This document shows, one piece after another, positions 43,541 to 44,791 of a stretch of DNA of 44,791 nucleotides. The first letter of the stretch is position 1, and every line of letters starts with the position of its first letter. A program made the position numbers and the translations under genes. The notes below the pieces were generated by a model. The model made no database searches, had not been told where the DNA came from, and saw only the letters and a program-made list of their open reading frames with translations. Source of the stretch: an uncultured Eubacteriales bacterium (lineage in GTDB: Bacteria; Acidobacteriota; Aminicenantia; Aminicenantales; Saccharicenantaceae). The stretch covers positions 1-44,791 of the forward strand of contig CAZSMW010000465.1 of NCBI GenBank assembly GCA_964607985.1, written 5' to 3'.

Positions 43541-43735
43541 CTTGCTTTCGGGATCGGCGGGTCCCTCTCTGACCGTCGAACAGTTTGACCAAGGAGAGAC
43601 GCAAAAATTCCGAAAATTCCGGGGACACAATCCCTTTTCGGGAGAAAAGGGTTATGTCCCGAATTTTCAGGATCGTAGCTCTGAATTTCCAGGGCAAGAA
43701 TCTCGAAACTGCTCGACGGTCAGGGTTCCTCCCGT

Positions 43736-43764
43736 TTGACAACCGCCGACCGATGGCCTAATAT
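43736..43764 (+). promoter_or_regulatory. sigma70-type promoter TTGACA-17-TAATAT, 8 nt before ATG 43773
   Basis: TTGACA at 43736..43741, a 17-nt spacer, TAATAT at 43759..43764, then ttgctcac and the ATG. No SD. Confidence 0.55.
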
Positions 43765-43772
43765 TTGCTCAC

Positions 43773-44791
43773 ATGCCCTATTATATTTGCCGCCTGGCAG
43801 GCGAGGATGGACGGCTCCTGTCCCGGTCCGTTCTGGCCGCTTCCCCCGACGAATGCCAAAAACTCTACGAGTCGGAGGGATTCTGTATCCTTTCGGTGGC
43901 CAGGGACTGGAAGAAGATTCGTGTCCGGCCATTCGGGAAAAAGATCCGGGACAAGGACTTCATCCTGTTCAACCAGGAGCTGATGGCGCTCATCAGGTCG
44001 GGTTATCCCATCCTCAAGAGCATCGAGACGATCGCCGGCCGGGCCAAGAACATCCATCTCAAAGAGCTCCTGCTCAAGATAGAAGCAGACATACGGTCCG
44101 GGAAGTCCCTTTCCGAGGCTTTCCTCCCTTACGAGGACATGTTTTCAAAAGTCTACACGGCCTCCCTGATGGCCGGCGAGAAGAGCGCCAACCTGGCCGG
44201 GACGATCGGCCGTTACGTCCAGTATGCCAAGATCGTCTCCCAGACGAAATCAAAGATCCGTTCGGCCCTGATCTACCCGACGCTCCTCATCATCTTTTCC
44301 TTCATCCTTGTGGGCGTCCTGATCAATTTCATCCTGCCCCGCTTCGCGACGTTCTACCAGGATTATCAAGCCGAGATGCCGGCCATCACGACTGCCCTCA
44401 TTTCCTTCGCCATGGCCGTCCGTCGCAACTTGGCCTTTATCCTGCTTTTTTTCGCTCTCCTGTTCTTGGTCTTTCTGCGCTTTCGGAAAAATGAAGAAGC
44501 CCAGGTCGCCTTCGACAGGTTCAAGCTCAAAATCCCATACGGCCGGACCCTCTTGCGGGAGTCAAGCGTTTCGCTCTTCAGCCGGACACTGGGTCTGCTT
44601 CTCGAGGCGGGCATCTCGCTTCTCTCGGCTATCGGCATCGCCTGCCAGGCCATGCCGAACAAATTCCTTGTCCGGAGCATGAAAGGAATGCCTGATTCGA
44701 TAAAGAACGGTCAGAGCCTGACCGAGTCCCTGGCCGCGACGGCCGCCTTTCCCGGGCTGGCCCTGGACATGGTCCGGATCGGCGAGACATC
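43773..44791 (+). CDS. type II secretion / type IV pilus platform protein, GspF/PilC family (5' part, runs off the window end)
   Basis: Not in the ORF track because it is open at the window end. Own translation gives MPYYICRLAGEDGRLLSRSV...FNQELMALIRSGYPILKSIETIAGRAKN...LKIEADIRSGKSLSEAF...MAGEKSANLAGTIGRY...LIYPTLLIIFSFILVGVLINFILPRFATFY...LFSRTLGLLLEAGISLLSAI. These are the GspF repeat-domain signatures. Confidence 0.8.
   Translation, partial: MPYYICRLAGEDGRLLSRSVLAASPDECQKLYESEGFCILSVARDWKKIRVRPFGKKIRDKDFILFNQELMALIRSGYPILKSIETIAGRAKNIHLKELLLKIEADIRSGKSLSEAFLPYEDMFSKVYTASLMAGEKSANLAGTIGRYVQYAKIVSQTKSKIRSALIYPTLLIIFSFILVGVLINFILPRFATFYQDYQAEMPAITTALISFAMAVRRNLAFILLFFALLFLVFLRFRKNEEAQVAFDRFKLKIPYGRTLLRESSVSLFSRTLGLLLEAGISLLSAIGIACQAMPNKFLVRSMKGMPDSIKNGQSLTESLAATAAFPGLALDMVRIGET

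Overview
GC-rich bacterial chromosomal segment with GGAGG-type Shine-Dalgarno sites and TTGACA/TATAAT-type promoters, probably from an anaerobe. About 40 genes, mostly on the minus strand. No rRNA, tRNA, CRISPR array, transposase or integrase was seen. (1) 1-14.6 kb holds peptide and amino-acid scavenging genes: NhaC-type antiporter, isoaspartyl dipeptidase, POT peptide transporter, M29 aminopeptidase, PatB/MalY-type C-S lyase and APC permease. It also holds a large malectin-domain glycoside-hydrolase-like lipoprotein, a URO-D-family gene and a frameshifted MFS sugar porter. (2) 14.6-23 kb is a housekeeping block: ppiD, HIT, ihfB, rpsA, ispH, scpB, scpA, trpS and an M50 protease. (3) 23.1-35.2 kb is the standout locus, all on the minus strand. 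glnA comes first. It is followed by a six-gene, translationally coupled signalling operon built around a sensory-type [FeFe]-hydrogenase homologue (DRTGG, kinase-like HATPase, HydS-like, DRTGG, PHP, HATPase). After that come a nuoE-like gene, a 2Fe-2S ferredoxin, a NuoF-GltD fusion, a small 2Fe-2S/4Fe-4S protein and a GltB FMN-domain protein. This operon contains no catalytic hydrogenase subunit. I read it as a putative H2/redox-sensing cassette wired to a Bfu/NfnABC-like flavoenzyme and glutamate-synthase-like module beside glutamine synthetase. (4) 35.3-44.8 kb holds speD, a YkoF/MTH1187-like gene and an M1 metallopeptidase. The peptidase has a sigma54-type promoter and an upstream palindrome. 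It is followed by a convergent NtrC-family regulator with a PDZ-GAF-PAS histidine kinase, a small secreted protein, and the start of a GspF/PilC gene. Non-coding signals are a 17-26 nt motif repeated in promoter-proximal intergenic regions, a long structured leader, a long C-rich glnA 3' UTR, and several canonical promoters placed only 6-14 nt before start codons that lack an SD. The ORF track renders GTG/TTG starts as M, and several starts were re-set on that basis.
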